Source: Candidatus Woesearchaeota archaeon (GTDB taxonomy: Archaea; Nanobdellota; Nanobdellia; Woesearchaeales; GW2011-AR4). Taken from it: DNA of 64,000 nucleotides. The notes under the pieces were generated by a model, which had not been told where the DNA came from, did not search any database, and worked only from the letters and a program-made list of their open reading frames with translations. A program made the position numbers and the translations under genes. Below are positions 18,515 to 26,817 of this stretch, piece after piece. Each line of letters opens with the position of its first letter. Position 1 is the first letter of the stretch. The stretch lies in contig JACPBQ010000004.1 of the NCBI GenBank assembly GCA_016180235.1, positions 303,674 to 367,673 of the forward strand, written 5' to 3'.

Positions 18515-19513
18515 CTAACCTCTTAAATTTTCTTTTGTCGCATCAGTAAAATCCTTCCAATCTTCCCTTACAGCCAAAATAATGTTTTTTCTATCATCTA
18601 TTGCCTTTGCTTCGTTGAATTTTGCCTTGTTCTGTTCTGTCTTTTCAATAAAATCAGCAACAACGGCTTTATCAACAAGCCCTCTGGCCATAAAATCCTC
18701 TGCCCTCTCCTCCAAATCATAGAAATGCCATTTTACCAGGCTATAGACCTTATTTTTTAATTCCCTCACGCATACAGACTTGTTTTCTCCGGTCAATTTG
18801 TTGCATACTTCCTTTTCTTCCTGTATTGTTGCAAGGTTCATCGACCTTTTTGCACAGGAAACCCTTTCATCACCTATCGGGAATTTCCAGCATGTCTGGA
18901 CTGATTTGTAGCGGGCAACGCAGATGCCCCTCTCGCTGCCTGATAAAACCCGGCATTCTTCAGGCAAGTAATAAAGCTCCAATTCCTCTTCCTGATCCTC
19001 TTCCTCCAAATCCAACCTGCATGAAATTCTTTCTTTTAAAGTGCCAAGATTGCCGCATTTTAATTTTGCCTCATCCTGTTTTTCCTCTTCTGCAGTATTT
19101 TCCGAGATTTTTTTACCAGCACCCGGCATGTCTTTAACATCTTTCTCGTTGACAATCCTTATATTTGCAACTTTTCCTTTTATATTTATAAGGTTAAAAT
19201 TTATATCTGCAAGATTATTGCCGTTTAAATCTATAAAATTGTCGCCTTCTTCCAATTGGAAGGATAAAGAGCCGAAAGCTACAGTGGCATTGCCCTCTAC
19301 ATTTATCTTAAGATTGTATCTGGTGCCGTTTTTTAGGGAGAATTTTTGGGAATAATCCTGGTTTGCAAGTATATTCACAGAATCCCTTGAGCCAAAGCCC
19401 AAGCCTGAGCTGCTGGAGCCTCCACCACCGCCTCCAGCGGCAAATACATATACCGGAAGCACTAATAAAACAACCATCCCAAAAGCCATTTTTCCAATAA
19501 TCTCCTTTTTCAT
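18515..19513 (-). CDS. Secreted Cys-rich protein, unknown function
   Basis: 332-aa ORF. An N-terminal hydrophobic signal is followed by a GGGGGGSSSS linker, a beta-rich segment, then 9 Cys in an acidic/helical C-terminal half. Confidence 0.5.
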   Translation of the reverse strand: MKKEIIGKMAFGMVVLLVLPVYVFAAGGGGGGSSSSGLGFGSRDSVNILANQDYSQKFSLKNGTRYNLKINVEGNATVAFGSLSFQLEEGDNFIDLNGNNLADINFNLINIKGKVANIRIVNEKDVKDMPGAGKKISENTAEEEKQDEAKLKCGNLGTLKERISCRLDLEEEDQEEELELYYLPEECRVLSGSERGICVARYKSVQTCWKFPIGDERVSCAKRSMNLATIQEEKEVCNKLTGENKSVCVRELKNKVYSLVKWHFYDLEERAEDFMARGLVDKAVVADFIEKTEQNKAKFNEAKAIDDRKNIILAVREDWKDFTDATKENLRG

Positions 19514-19578
19514 AAGGCAAATATAATATTAAAATTATTTAAAACTTTCCTATTGCGGCTGCATGTCAAATATAAAAC

Positions 19579-19586
19579 TTTAAATA
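19579..19586 (+). promoter_or_regulatory. TATA-box-like element upstream of pheS
   Basis: tttaaata lies 24 nt upstream of the ATG at 19611. Confidence 0.4.
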
Positions 19587-19610
19587 TAGTCCTGATTTCA
19601 ATCGGCTATA

Positions 19611-21140
19611 ATGGATATAGAAAAAACAATAGCAACCTTGCATCCTCTGGAAAGGAAAGTATTGCCAATCCTAAAGACTGAAAACTCCTTTGAAAAAATC
19701 TCAGAAAAGGCAAAACTGCAGAAAGTAGAGGTAATGAGAGCATTGCAGTGGCTGCAGAACAAGAAGCTTGCAAGGATTGACAAGAAGCTCCAGGAGCAGA
19801 TTGTCTTGGATGAGAACGGGCTGAGGTACAGGGAAAAAGGCCTTCCTGAGAGGTCATTTTTACAGGCAATAAAAGACAAGGCTTCTTTGGATGAGATAAA
19901 AAAGAAAGCAAATCTCAGCAATGAGGAGATGGGGATATGCCTTGGAATCCTCAAAGGCAAGGCTGCGTTAGAAATACAAAAAGGCAAAGGAATAGAGATT
20001 TCAATAACAGACAACGGGAAAAAACTTATTGAGAAAGGCTTCATAGAGGAAAAGCTGCTGAAAAAAGATTTCCCGATATATGCTTCTGAATTAAAAGACG
20101 AGGAAAAGCCTGCATTAGAGAACCTGAAAAAAAGAAAAAGCATACTTAAAGTCAACATTGTAAAAATAATAACAGCAGAGCCGACAGAGCTTGGGAAAAA
20201 GATAATCCACCACGGAATTGATGAAAAGAACATACTTGACAGGCTGACAGTTGACATGCTTAAGTCCGGCTCATGGAAAAACAAGAAGATAAGGAGCTAT
20301 GATGTTGCCATCAATGTCCCTAATATTTCCGGAGGCAAGAGGCATTTCGTGAACCAGACCATAGAGTACATAAAGAGGATATGGCTCGACATGGGATTCA
20401 GGGAAATGCAGGGAAATTACGTGCAGACTTCTTTCTGGGACCTTGATGCATTGTTTGTCCCCCAGGACCATCCGGCAAGGGACATGCAGGATACTTTCTA
20501 TATAAAAGACCCCAAAGAAGGAAAACTGCCATTGGAGCTTATGAAGAGAGTAAAGGCAGCGCACGAGAACGGATGGACGACAGGAAGCAAAGGCTGGCAG
20601 TATGAATGGTCGGAAAAAATTGCAAAGGAAAACCTGCTGAGGACGCATACAACGGTATTGTCAGCCCAGGTAATCGCAAAGCTGAAGAAAGAAAATTTAC
20701 CGGCAAAGTTTTTTTCAGTCGGCAAAGTTTTCAGGAATGAAACATTATCATGGAAATCATTGTTTGAATTTATACAGGTAGAGGGAATTGTTGTTGACCC
20801 AAATGCGAATTTCAGGCACCTTAAGGGCTATTTAAAAGAATTTTTTGCAAAGATGGGATTTCCGGATGTAAGGATAAGGCCCGCGCATTTTCCATATACC
20901 GAGCCAAGTGCAGAGGTAGATGTATGGCATCCTGGCAAAAAGCAGTGGGTTGAATTAGGAGGCTCTGGAATTTTCAGGCCAGAAGTCGTTAAGCCGTTAT
21001 TGGGTTTTGAGTGCCCAGTGCTTGCGTGGGGACTTGGGATGGAAAGGACAATAATGGAATATTACAAGATAACTGATGTTAGGGACATTTACAAGAATGA
21101 CATCAAGCAATTAAGAGAAGCAAAATTGTGGATGAAATGA
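19611..21140 (+). CDS. pheS: Phenylalanyl-tRNA synthetase alpha subunit (archaeal type)
   Basis: 509-aa ORF. Class II core motifs GKVFRNETLSWKSLFEFIQVEG and GLGMERTIM, with a long archaeal N-terminal extension. Confidence 0.9.
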   Translation: MDIEKTIATLHPLERKVLPILKTENSFEKISEKAKLQKVEVMRALQWLQNKKLARIDKKLQEQIVLDENGLRYREKGLPERSFLQAIKDKASLDEIKKKANLSNEEMGICLGILKGKAALEIQKGKGIEISITDNGKKLIEKGFIEEKLLKKDFPIYASELKDEEKPALENLKKRKSILKVNIVKIITAEPTELGKKIIHHGIDEKNILDRLTVDMLKSGSWKNKKIRSYDVAINVPNISGGKRHFVNQTIEYIKRIWLDMGFREMQGNYVQTSFWDLDALFVPQDHPARDMQDTFYIKDPKEGKLPLELMKRVKAAHENGWTTGSKGWQYEWSEKIAKENLLRTHTTVLSAQVIAKLKKENLPAKFFSVGKVFRNETLSWKSLFEFIQVEGIVVDPNANFRHLKGYLKEFFAKMGFPDVRIRPAHFPYTEPSAEVDVWHPGKKQWVELGGSGIFRPEVVKPLLGFECPVLAWGLGMERTIMEYYKITDVRDIYKNDIKQLREAKLWMK

Positions 21141-21517
21141 AAGTTACAAAACAAGACAAGGAACTCATGGAAAAGGCTGCGGAATTGATTAAAAAAAGGC
21201 GCCTAAAAGGCAGGATTGACACTGCTTCTGCCTTGATAACGAACAAGGGAAATATCTATCTGGGCGTTGACATTGTCTGCAAAAGCGAGCCTTGCTCCAT
21301 ATGCGCAGAATACTCCTCAGTAGTATCCATGCTTACTCATGGAGAACAGAAAATTAAAACAATTGTTGCGGTCGCAGATGATGGAGCTATACTTCCACCA
21401 TGCGGAAAATGCAGAGAGCTGATTTTTGACGTATCTGGTGGAGACAGCGACATAATTGTAAATAAAAATGAAAAATTCCGGCTGAGAGACCTGGAAAAAT
21501 ACTATTGGCGGGGCTAA
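21137..21517 (+). CDS. Cytidine deaminase-fold protein (blasticidin-S deaminase-like)
   Basis: The ATG at 21137 overlaps the pheS stop (ATGA). Zinc motifs CSICAE and PPCGKCRE are present, with a C-terminal DLEKYYW. Confidence 0.7.
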   Translation: MKVTKQDKELMEKAAELIKKRRLKGRIDTASALITNKGNIYLGVDIVCKSEPCSICAEYSSVVSMLTHGEQKIKTIVAVADDGAILPPCGKCRELIFDVSGGDSDIIVNKNEKFRLRDLEKYYWRG

Positions 21518-21524
21518 AAATAAA

Positions 21525-23180
21525 ATGCCAACAATAAGGATAAACAGGAAAGTATTTGAAAATTATGCAGGAAAAAAGCTTCCGACTGACAAATTGAAAG
21601 ATAGGATTAGCTACTTGGGGACAGACCTTGAGGAAGTCAATGATAATGAAATCATTGTGGAAATATTCCCAAACAGGCCTGACATGCTTTCTGTGCAGGG
21701 CTTTGCAAGGGCTTTCAGCTCCTTTATCGGGGCAAAAACCGGCCTGAGGAATTACAAAGTTGAGCATTCCGGAGAAAAGGTAATAATAGACAAATCTGTA
21801 AAAGATGTAAGGCCTTATACTGCGTGCGCCATAGTGAGAAACATGCATTTTGACGATGAAAAGATAAAGGAAGTAATAGACATACAGGAAAAGCTGCACA
21901 TTACATACGGCAGGAACAGGGAGAAGGTCGCGATAGGAATCTATCCTTACGAGAAAATAAAGACACCGATAACATTCAAGGCAGAAAATCCTGAGGATAT
22001 AATATTCCAGCCATTGGAGTTTGCCAGGGAGATAAATGCTTCGCAGATACTTGAGCAGCATCCTGCCGGCAAGGAATACGGCCATCTGCTTGACGGAAAG
22101 AAAAAATTCCCGGTTTTTAGGGATGCAAACAAAGAGGTATTGTCAGTACCGCCAATAATCAACTCGCACAAGACAGGAAAAATCTCTGAAAAGACAACGG
22201 ACATTTTCATAGAATGCTCAGGCTTTGATCTTGAAACCTTAAAAAAATGCCTCAATATAATTGTTGCAGCATTACATGAAATGGGCGGAAAGGTCTGTTC
22301 AATGGATATAACAGACGGCAATAAAAAATACACCACTCCGGACTTAAAGCCTGAAGAGATAAAAGTTGACATAGGCTTCATAAACAAATGGCTCGGGCTG
22401 GATCTTAATGAGAATGAAATCAAAAAATTCCTTGAGATGATGGGGTACGGGTACAGCGGCAAAAAAGCACAAATACCAGCTTACAGGGCCGATATAATCC
22501 ACCAGACTGATCTTGCAGAAGATGTTGCTATAGCATATGGCTACGAGAATTTCAAGGAAACAATACCGCATGTTGCCACAATAGCTGAAGAGGACGGGCT
22601 TGAAGCCTTCAAGAGAAAAATCTCGGAGCTGTTCGCCGGGTTGGGATTCCTGGAAGCAAGCACTTACCACCTTACAAACCACGAACTCCAATGCAGGAAA
22701 ATGAATGCAGATATGCATTTGATAGAGCTGGCCAACTCAATATCATCGGATTATGACAGGTTAAGGGCATGGGTGATACCATCTTTGATGGAAATATTAG
22801 GCAATAACAGGCACCATGAATACCCTCAAAAAATCTTCACAATAGGGAAGGTTTTCAGGAAAAATGACAATTTTGGCACCAATGTAGAAGAAAACGAAAG
22901 GCTTGCAGCTGTAATAGCGTCTGAAAAAACTGATTACACTGAGATAAGGCAGGCTCTTGATTACCTGTTCAGGAGCATTGATGCAAAGCATGACGTAAAA
23001 GAGACAGAGCACAGCTCATTTATTCAAGGCAGGGTTGCAAGAGTAAGCGTGAATGGAAAGAACATAGCTTATATAGGTGAAATTCATCCGCAGGTTTTGT
23101 CAAACTGGAACATTGAAGTCCCTGTTGCGGCCTTTGAGATAAACATCACAGAACTGTTTGGGATAATAAACAAAAAATAA
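21525..23180 (+). CDS. pheT: Phenylalanyl-tRNA synthetase beta subunit (archaeal type)
   Basis: 551-aa ORF immediately downstream of pheS. The N-terminus MPTIRINRKVFENYAGKKL and the length are typical of archaeal PheT. Confidence 0.9.
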   Translation: MPTIRINRKVFENYAGKKLPTDKLKDRISYLGTDLEEVNDNEIIVEIFPNRPDMLSVQGFARAFSSFIGAKTGLRNYKVEHSGEKVIIDKSVKDVRPYTACAIVRNMHFDDEKIKEVIDIQEKLHITYGRNREKVAIGIYPYEKIKTPITFKAENPEDIIFQPLEFAREINASQILEQHPAGKEYGHLLDGKKKFPVFRDANKEVLSVPPIINSHKTGKISEKTTDIFIECSGFDLETLKKCLNIIVAALHEMGGKVCSMDITDGNKKYTTPDLKPEEIKVDIGFINKWLGLDLNENEIKKFLEMMGYGYSGKKAQIPAYRADIIHQTDLAEDVAIAYGYENFKETIPHVATIAEEDGLEAFKRKISELFAGLGFLEASTYHLTNHELQCRKMNADMHLIELANSISSDYDRLRAWVIPSLMEILGNNRHHEYPQKIFTIGKVFRKNDNFGTNVEENERLAAVIASEKTDYTEIRQALDYLFRSIDAKHDVKETEHSSFIQGRVARVSVNGKNIAYIGEIHPQVLSNWNIEVPVAAFEINITELFGIINKK

Positions 23181-23189
23181 TCATTTATT

Positions 23190-23624
23190 CTACTTTTTGG
23201 CTTTTCTGCCAGGCTTTTTCGGCTTATCCTTCTTTTCTTCCGCGCTAATCTTCTCGTCAATGCCGCTTTCTCCCGATTCCTCTTTCTTCACGGGCTTTTT
23301 CTTCGCTTCTTTCTTCTTTTTCTGCCCTTCTGCCGGTTTTTCTTTTTTCTTCTGCTTAACAGGCTTCTGGGTTTTTTGTTTTGGCTTCGTGTCCCTGGCC
23401 TTTAGTCCAAGCTTTTCGAACTCTTTCTTAATCTCATCATGAGAAGCATTTTTTTTTATCTTGATGACATCTTTCAGCGGCTCCAAATGGAGTATATTGC
23501 ATTTCCTTCTCCTTGTCTCTCCATCTATAAGAACAAACTTATTGTCAAGAATGTCAACAATAACGCATCTTAAGCCGGCATCCCTGCCTGCTGTTTTTAT
23601 GCATAATCTTCCGATTTCGATCAT
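23190..23624 (-). CDS. rpl14e: Ribosomal protein eL14 with long Lys-rich C-terminal tail
   Basis: KOW-like N-terminus MIEIGRLCIKTAGRDAGLRCVIVDILD. About 70 extra K/E-rich residues are present at the C-terminus. Confidence 0.8.
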   Translation of the reverse strand: MIEIGRLCIKTAGRDAGLRCVIVDILDNKFVLIDGETRRRKCNILHLEPLKDVIKIKKNASHDEIKKEFEKLGLKARDTKPKQKTQKPVKQKKKEKPAEGQKKKKEAKKKPVKKEESGESGIDEKISAEEKKDKPKKPGRKAKK

Positions 23625-23825
23625 TTTTTTCCTCCAATCCCCTAAAACAGAGCTATGTTGCCATCAGCTCAGGAGATTTCAATTTTTGTTAGCTTACCTT
23701 TCACAATTATTTGTTAACTTATAACTTAATGCAACCTTAATCCCATTCGGCAACGAAAAACTTTGTTTTTTCTGGGTTTTTTAACAAAAACCATTGAAAA
23801 GACAAATAATTATCCGAAAATCGGC

Positions 23826-24095
23826 TCATAATGATCTTGCTTTCCCGATTATCAATAATCTCATGCATTTGCTGCATAAGCTGCCTGCATAGGGCCTTTC
23901 CGGCCTCTTCTTTGTCTTTGGGATGCTGCTCATCTTATTGGGCCTTTCCCTCAAGACCCCTTTAAGAACTGCTCCGCAACTGCTGCAATGGGCTTTTCCA
24001 GGCTTCCTTTTCCTATAGTGCAGCTTAGTCTTTCCTCCAGGAACCCTAATATGCACCCTTCTCAGGCTTCTTGATCTCTTATACGGCTGCGGCAT
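23826..24095 (-). CDS. rpl34e: Ribosomal protein eL34
   Basis: 89-aa ORF with RSRSLRRVHIRVPGGKTKLHYRKRK and the zinc-knuckle pair CSSCG...CSKC. Confidence 0.85.
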   Translation of the reverse strand: MPQPYKRSRSLRRVHIRVPGGKTKLHYRKRKPGKAHCSSCGAVLKGVLRERPNKMSSIPKTKKRPERPYAGSLCSKCMRLLIIGKARSL

Positions 24096-24195
24096 TTACC
24101 GGAGGAAATGAAAAATGTTTATAAAGCTTTTTATTGGCAGCATTATTAAATTATGAGTATTGCAAAATTTTTAATCTGCCTTCGGCAAATCTAGT

Positions 24196-24380
24196 GAGTT
24201 GCATGCGAGGAAGCTCGTATGCTCGCTTCAATCCCGAAGCCTCGCTGTCTCTCCATGCACGAAAATGCATAGCATTTTCGGCATCCTGAAAATCTCATGA
24301 AAATTAAAAATTTTCAGGAGATTCCGAAAAACCTTGTTTTTCGAGAATCTTTGATTTTCATGACATCGCTCGGCTTCGCC
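24196..24380. repeat. Dense array of short perfect hairpins (degenerate members of the hairpin-module family seen at 48.8 and 56.1 kb)
   Basis: Hairpins are present at 24205-24226, 24225-24240, 24260-24280 (9 bp), 24285-24318 (9 bp), 24325-24343 (8 bp) and 24343-24359. The atctagtg...cgtatgctcgc block resembles module atttagtg...cgttatgctcgc at 48931-48956. Confidence 0.45.
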
Positions 24381-24465
24381 TACTTATTATAGTTTGGCAC
24401 TTAAGTTGAAATTGCCGCATTAGAGAAATCTTTATATATCATGATAGTACAATAAAATCCAAACT

Positions 24466-24957
24466 ATGAGAACAAAATCCCGGCTTAATAAAAGAGGTGT
24501 AAGCCCGTTAATTGCAACGGTACTGCTGATTTCTTTTGCAGTAGCTCTTGGCTCAGTTGTACTGAACTGGGGGAAGAACCTTGACATATCCAAGCCAGGG
24601 GATTCATGCTCCGGGGCAGCCATAAAAATAAGAAACATAGGAGATGGAGAGGTCTGCTATTCCGGCTCAGGCTCAAATGCAGCCATCAGATTCATACTCG
24701 ATAATTCCGGCAGCGTTGATATAGCTGGACTTGGCATATGGATAGTCGGGGATAAAGGAACTAAACTGCTGGACCTTGACAATATAGAGATAAAATCAGG
24801 GGAATTACTGGATGTGAAAGATGACAGGGTAAAATATGACTTCAACGCTTACGGCAGGATAAACCACATACAGTTCATACCTAAAGTAAAGACTCAAAAT
24901 GGGGTTGACATATGCCCAAAAAATTCCGTAAAAGCAGAGAAAATAGCAATATGCTAA
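24466..24957 (+). CDS. Archaeal type IV pilin-like protein (class III signal peptide)
   Basis: The N-terminus KRGVSPLIATVLLISFAVALG matches the archaeal pilin N-terminal motif (K/R-G-x-S-P-[VL]-I-A-T-V-L-L). The remainder is beta-rich with 4 Cys. Confidence 0.65.
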   Translation: MRTKSRLNKRGVSPLIATVLLISFAVALGSVVLNWGKNLDISKPGDSCSGAAIKIRNIGDGEVCYSGSGSNAAIRFILDNSGSVDIAGLGIWIVGDKGTKLLDLDNIEIKSGELLDVKDDRVKYDFNAYGRINHIQFIPKVKTQNGVDICPKNSVKAEKIAIC

Positions 24958-25499
24958 TTTTTTCTTTTGATCAGGCACATGAGTATTAGGATAAGGATGA
25001 AAGCTGTCAGGGCCATCATCGGGATTGTTATGTATCCATATGCAACAGTGTGCTTTATTGTGCATGGAACGCTGGAATCAATTCCGCATGTAGCTGCAAA
25101 AACCCCCGTCTGCAAAAAATAATGGTATAGGGATATCGGAGCTCCAATTATGGCCAAAGCAATTGAGTAGTCAGCTATTTTCCTGTCGTTTTTAGCCAAT
25201 GCCATCCCAAACAAAACCACCAAGGGGTACATGAATATCCTCTGCAGCCAGCAAAGCTTGCACGGCTCATATCCCATCACTTCGGAATAAAACAGGCTCC
25301 CTAATGTCGCGGCCAGGGCAACTATGAATGCAAAAACCAAAGCATACTTTTTCAATAATCCCAAGAAATTTTCAATGAACTCAATTTTATTTCTTAAGAT
25401 AAACCTATATAGGAAATAAATGAACAAGATAACTATTATTATATCGCTTATCAGCGTCAATGCAGACAATACTTCTGGAACAAAAACTTTGACATCCAT
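24954..25499 (-). CDS. Disulfide bond formation protein, DsbB/BdbC family
   Basis: EPCKLCWLQRIFMYP, ISLYHY and a second Cys pair CGIDSSVPC are collinear with Bacillus BdbC-type proteins. There are four to five TM helices. Confidence 0.7.
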   Translation of the reverse strand: MDVKVFVPEVLSALTLISDIIIVILFIYFLYRFILRNKIEFIENFLGLLKKYALVFAFIVALAATLGSLFYSEVMGYEPCKLCWLQRIFMYPLVVLFGMALAKNDRKIADYSIALAIIGAPISLYHYFLQTGVFAATCGIDSSVPCTIKHTVAYGYITIPMMALTAFILILILMCLIKRKN

Positions 25500-25513
25500 T
25501 CTGATTCACTTAA

Positions 25514-25885
25514 TCAATTTCCAGAGACAGAACAGCCGCTAAGCTGGCTTAGCTGCAGGAACGAAAGCTCTCCCTCTATCCTTCTTCCATCGGCAAATTC
25601 CCAAGTATGGTAGGCTTTAATGCCCGCATCTTTGCATACTTTTGTCTGGCCGCTTTTGTCAGGCAATGAGCATTCAATATAATTTACGTTTTCCCAGCTG
25701 CTTCCGAACATCTCTTTTTGGTTCTGGCAGTGAGGGCACCAGAATGCTCCGTACATCTTGGCATTGTTTTCTGTGAGGCATTTTGCAAAAGCGGTATAAT
25801 CTGCTCCTGCTGCTGAGTTTGTGCATCCGGATAAAATAACGGCTAAAACCAGCATAACCCACAATGACGCTGCTTTTTGCACCAT
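25514..25885 (-). CDS. Secreted thioredoxin-like lipoprotein (VKOR-associated Trx type)
   Basis: The start is taken at MVQKAAS, 2 nt after the upstream stop codon. Lipobox ILSGC. YGAFWCPHCQNQKEMFG and IKAYHTWEF resemble the Trx domain fused to cyanobacterial VKOR. Confidence 0.7.
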   Translation of the reverse strand: MVQKAASLWVMLVLAVILSGCTNSAAGADYTAFAKCLTENNAKMYGAFWCPHCQNQKEMFGSSWENVNYIECSLPDKSGQTKVCKDAGIKAYHTWEFADGRRIEGELSFLQLSQLSGCSVSGN

Positions 25886-25887
25886 TC

Positions 25888-26634
25888 TCAATACACCTTT
25901 ATTACCTTCCTTATGATTATGCTGAATGCTATCGCAAGGATGATGTAGGTACCAAGCCACCCGAGTTTCCAGCCGAATAAATTAAGCAGTATCTTTTTTT
26001 TGTATTCAATCTCTATTAATTTTACTGTGCCATCATTCACTTTCTTTAAAGGATCTTTGTAAAGATTCTCTGTTATGACGACTTCCTTATTGTATTTTTT
26101 CCCGTTCATTATATATTCAAGAAGGTATTCCCCCCGGCTGCCGCTTAAGATCCATTCCACCTCATTGCCTTTAATCTCCTTTTTTGCGGCACCATCGATT
26201 TTTATCCCTTCAGGAACGCTCAGCTCTATAAATCCATTTACATCCTTTTCAAAAGTCACTTTCGTCAAGAATCCTTGCCCGGGAATGATGGGCTCATAGG
26301 CAAGATGCGCGTTCATCCAGCCAAAGATAAGGATAATGGGGATAAATGAGTATATCATGCTTCTCATCGACTGCATCATGTACTTTCCGTTTGTACGCAT
26401 AATCTCTTTCTGGACCTTCATGGCCCTTTCAGGGCTGCTCTTGAGCTCCTTCATCTCTTTCTGCAATTCTTTCATTTCGTCCTTCAATCTCTTCATCAGA
26501 TTCTGGTCTGTAGAATATTTGTATATCAATGTTATAATCAATGATATAAGGAAAGAAAGAAGAACTACAGCCCACAATGTGGGAATGGCAAGCAAGGGCC
26601 CAAAGACAGGATTCAATAAATTTTCAAAAACCAT
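25888..26634 (-). CDS. DUF106 / EMC3-TMCO1-like membrane protein (archaeal YidC/Oxa1-like insertase) with extra ~110-aa loop domain
   Basis: TM1 is followed by a coiled coil KRLKDEMKELQKEMKELK and then TM2, a layout typical of DUF106. A beta-rich insertion precedes the last TM. The gene is adjacent to secY, as in many archaea. Confidence 0.65.
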   Translation of the reverse strand: MVFENLLNPVFGPLLAIPTLWAVVLLSFLISLIITLIYKYSTDQNLMKRLKDEMKELQKEMKELKSSPERAMKVQKEIMRTNGKYMMQSMRSMIYSFIPIILIFGWMNAHLAYEPIIPGQGFLTKVTFEKDVNGFIELSVPEGIKIDGAAKKEIKGNEVEWILSGSRGEYLLEYIMNGKKYNKEVVITENLYKDPLKKVNDGTVKLIEIEYKKKILLNLFGWKLGWLGTYIILAIAFSIIIRKVIKVY

Positions 26635-26660
26635 TCAAAACACCTCTTTTTTGCCATGCT

Positions 26661-26817
26661 CAAATCAATTGCCATTTTTATCCACCCATAAACTTTCTCA
26701 TCATCGGATTCATGTCACATCCATCTTTTAAAAAAAGCTGGACCAAAACAAGGATGATTTTCACTTCGTTCAAATCAATCATCCTCCCATAAACTTTCTC
26801 ATCATCGGATTCATGTC
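26661..26817. repeat. Diverged ~110-nt tandem duplication covering the secY 3' end
   Basis: caaatcaat...tccNcccataaactttctcatcatcggattcatgtc occurs at 26661-26716 and again at 26771-26817. The downstream copy still encodes DMNPMMRKFMGG plus a stop. Confidence 0.7.

Noticed and set aside
19598-20284. 228-aa minus-strand ORF (and 19606-19911) at the pheS 5' region
   Set aside because: It is antisense to pheS. The S/F-rich product has no motif, and pheS homology accounts for the DNA.
21387-22462. 232-aa and 171-aa minus-strand ORFs inside pheT
   Set aside because: They are antisense to the clearly homologous pheT gene.
25886-25960. N-terminal 25 residues of the 148-aa ORF for the thioredoxin-like protein
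   Set aside because: This part overlaps the 3' end of the DUF106 gene. The internal Met (MVQKAAS...) starts a normal signal peptide with a lipobox and lies 2 nt after the upstream stop.
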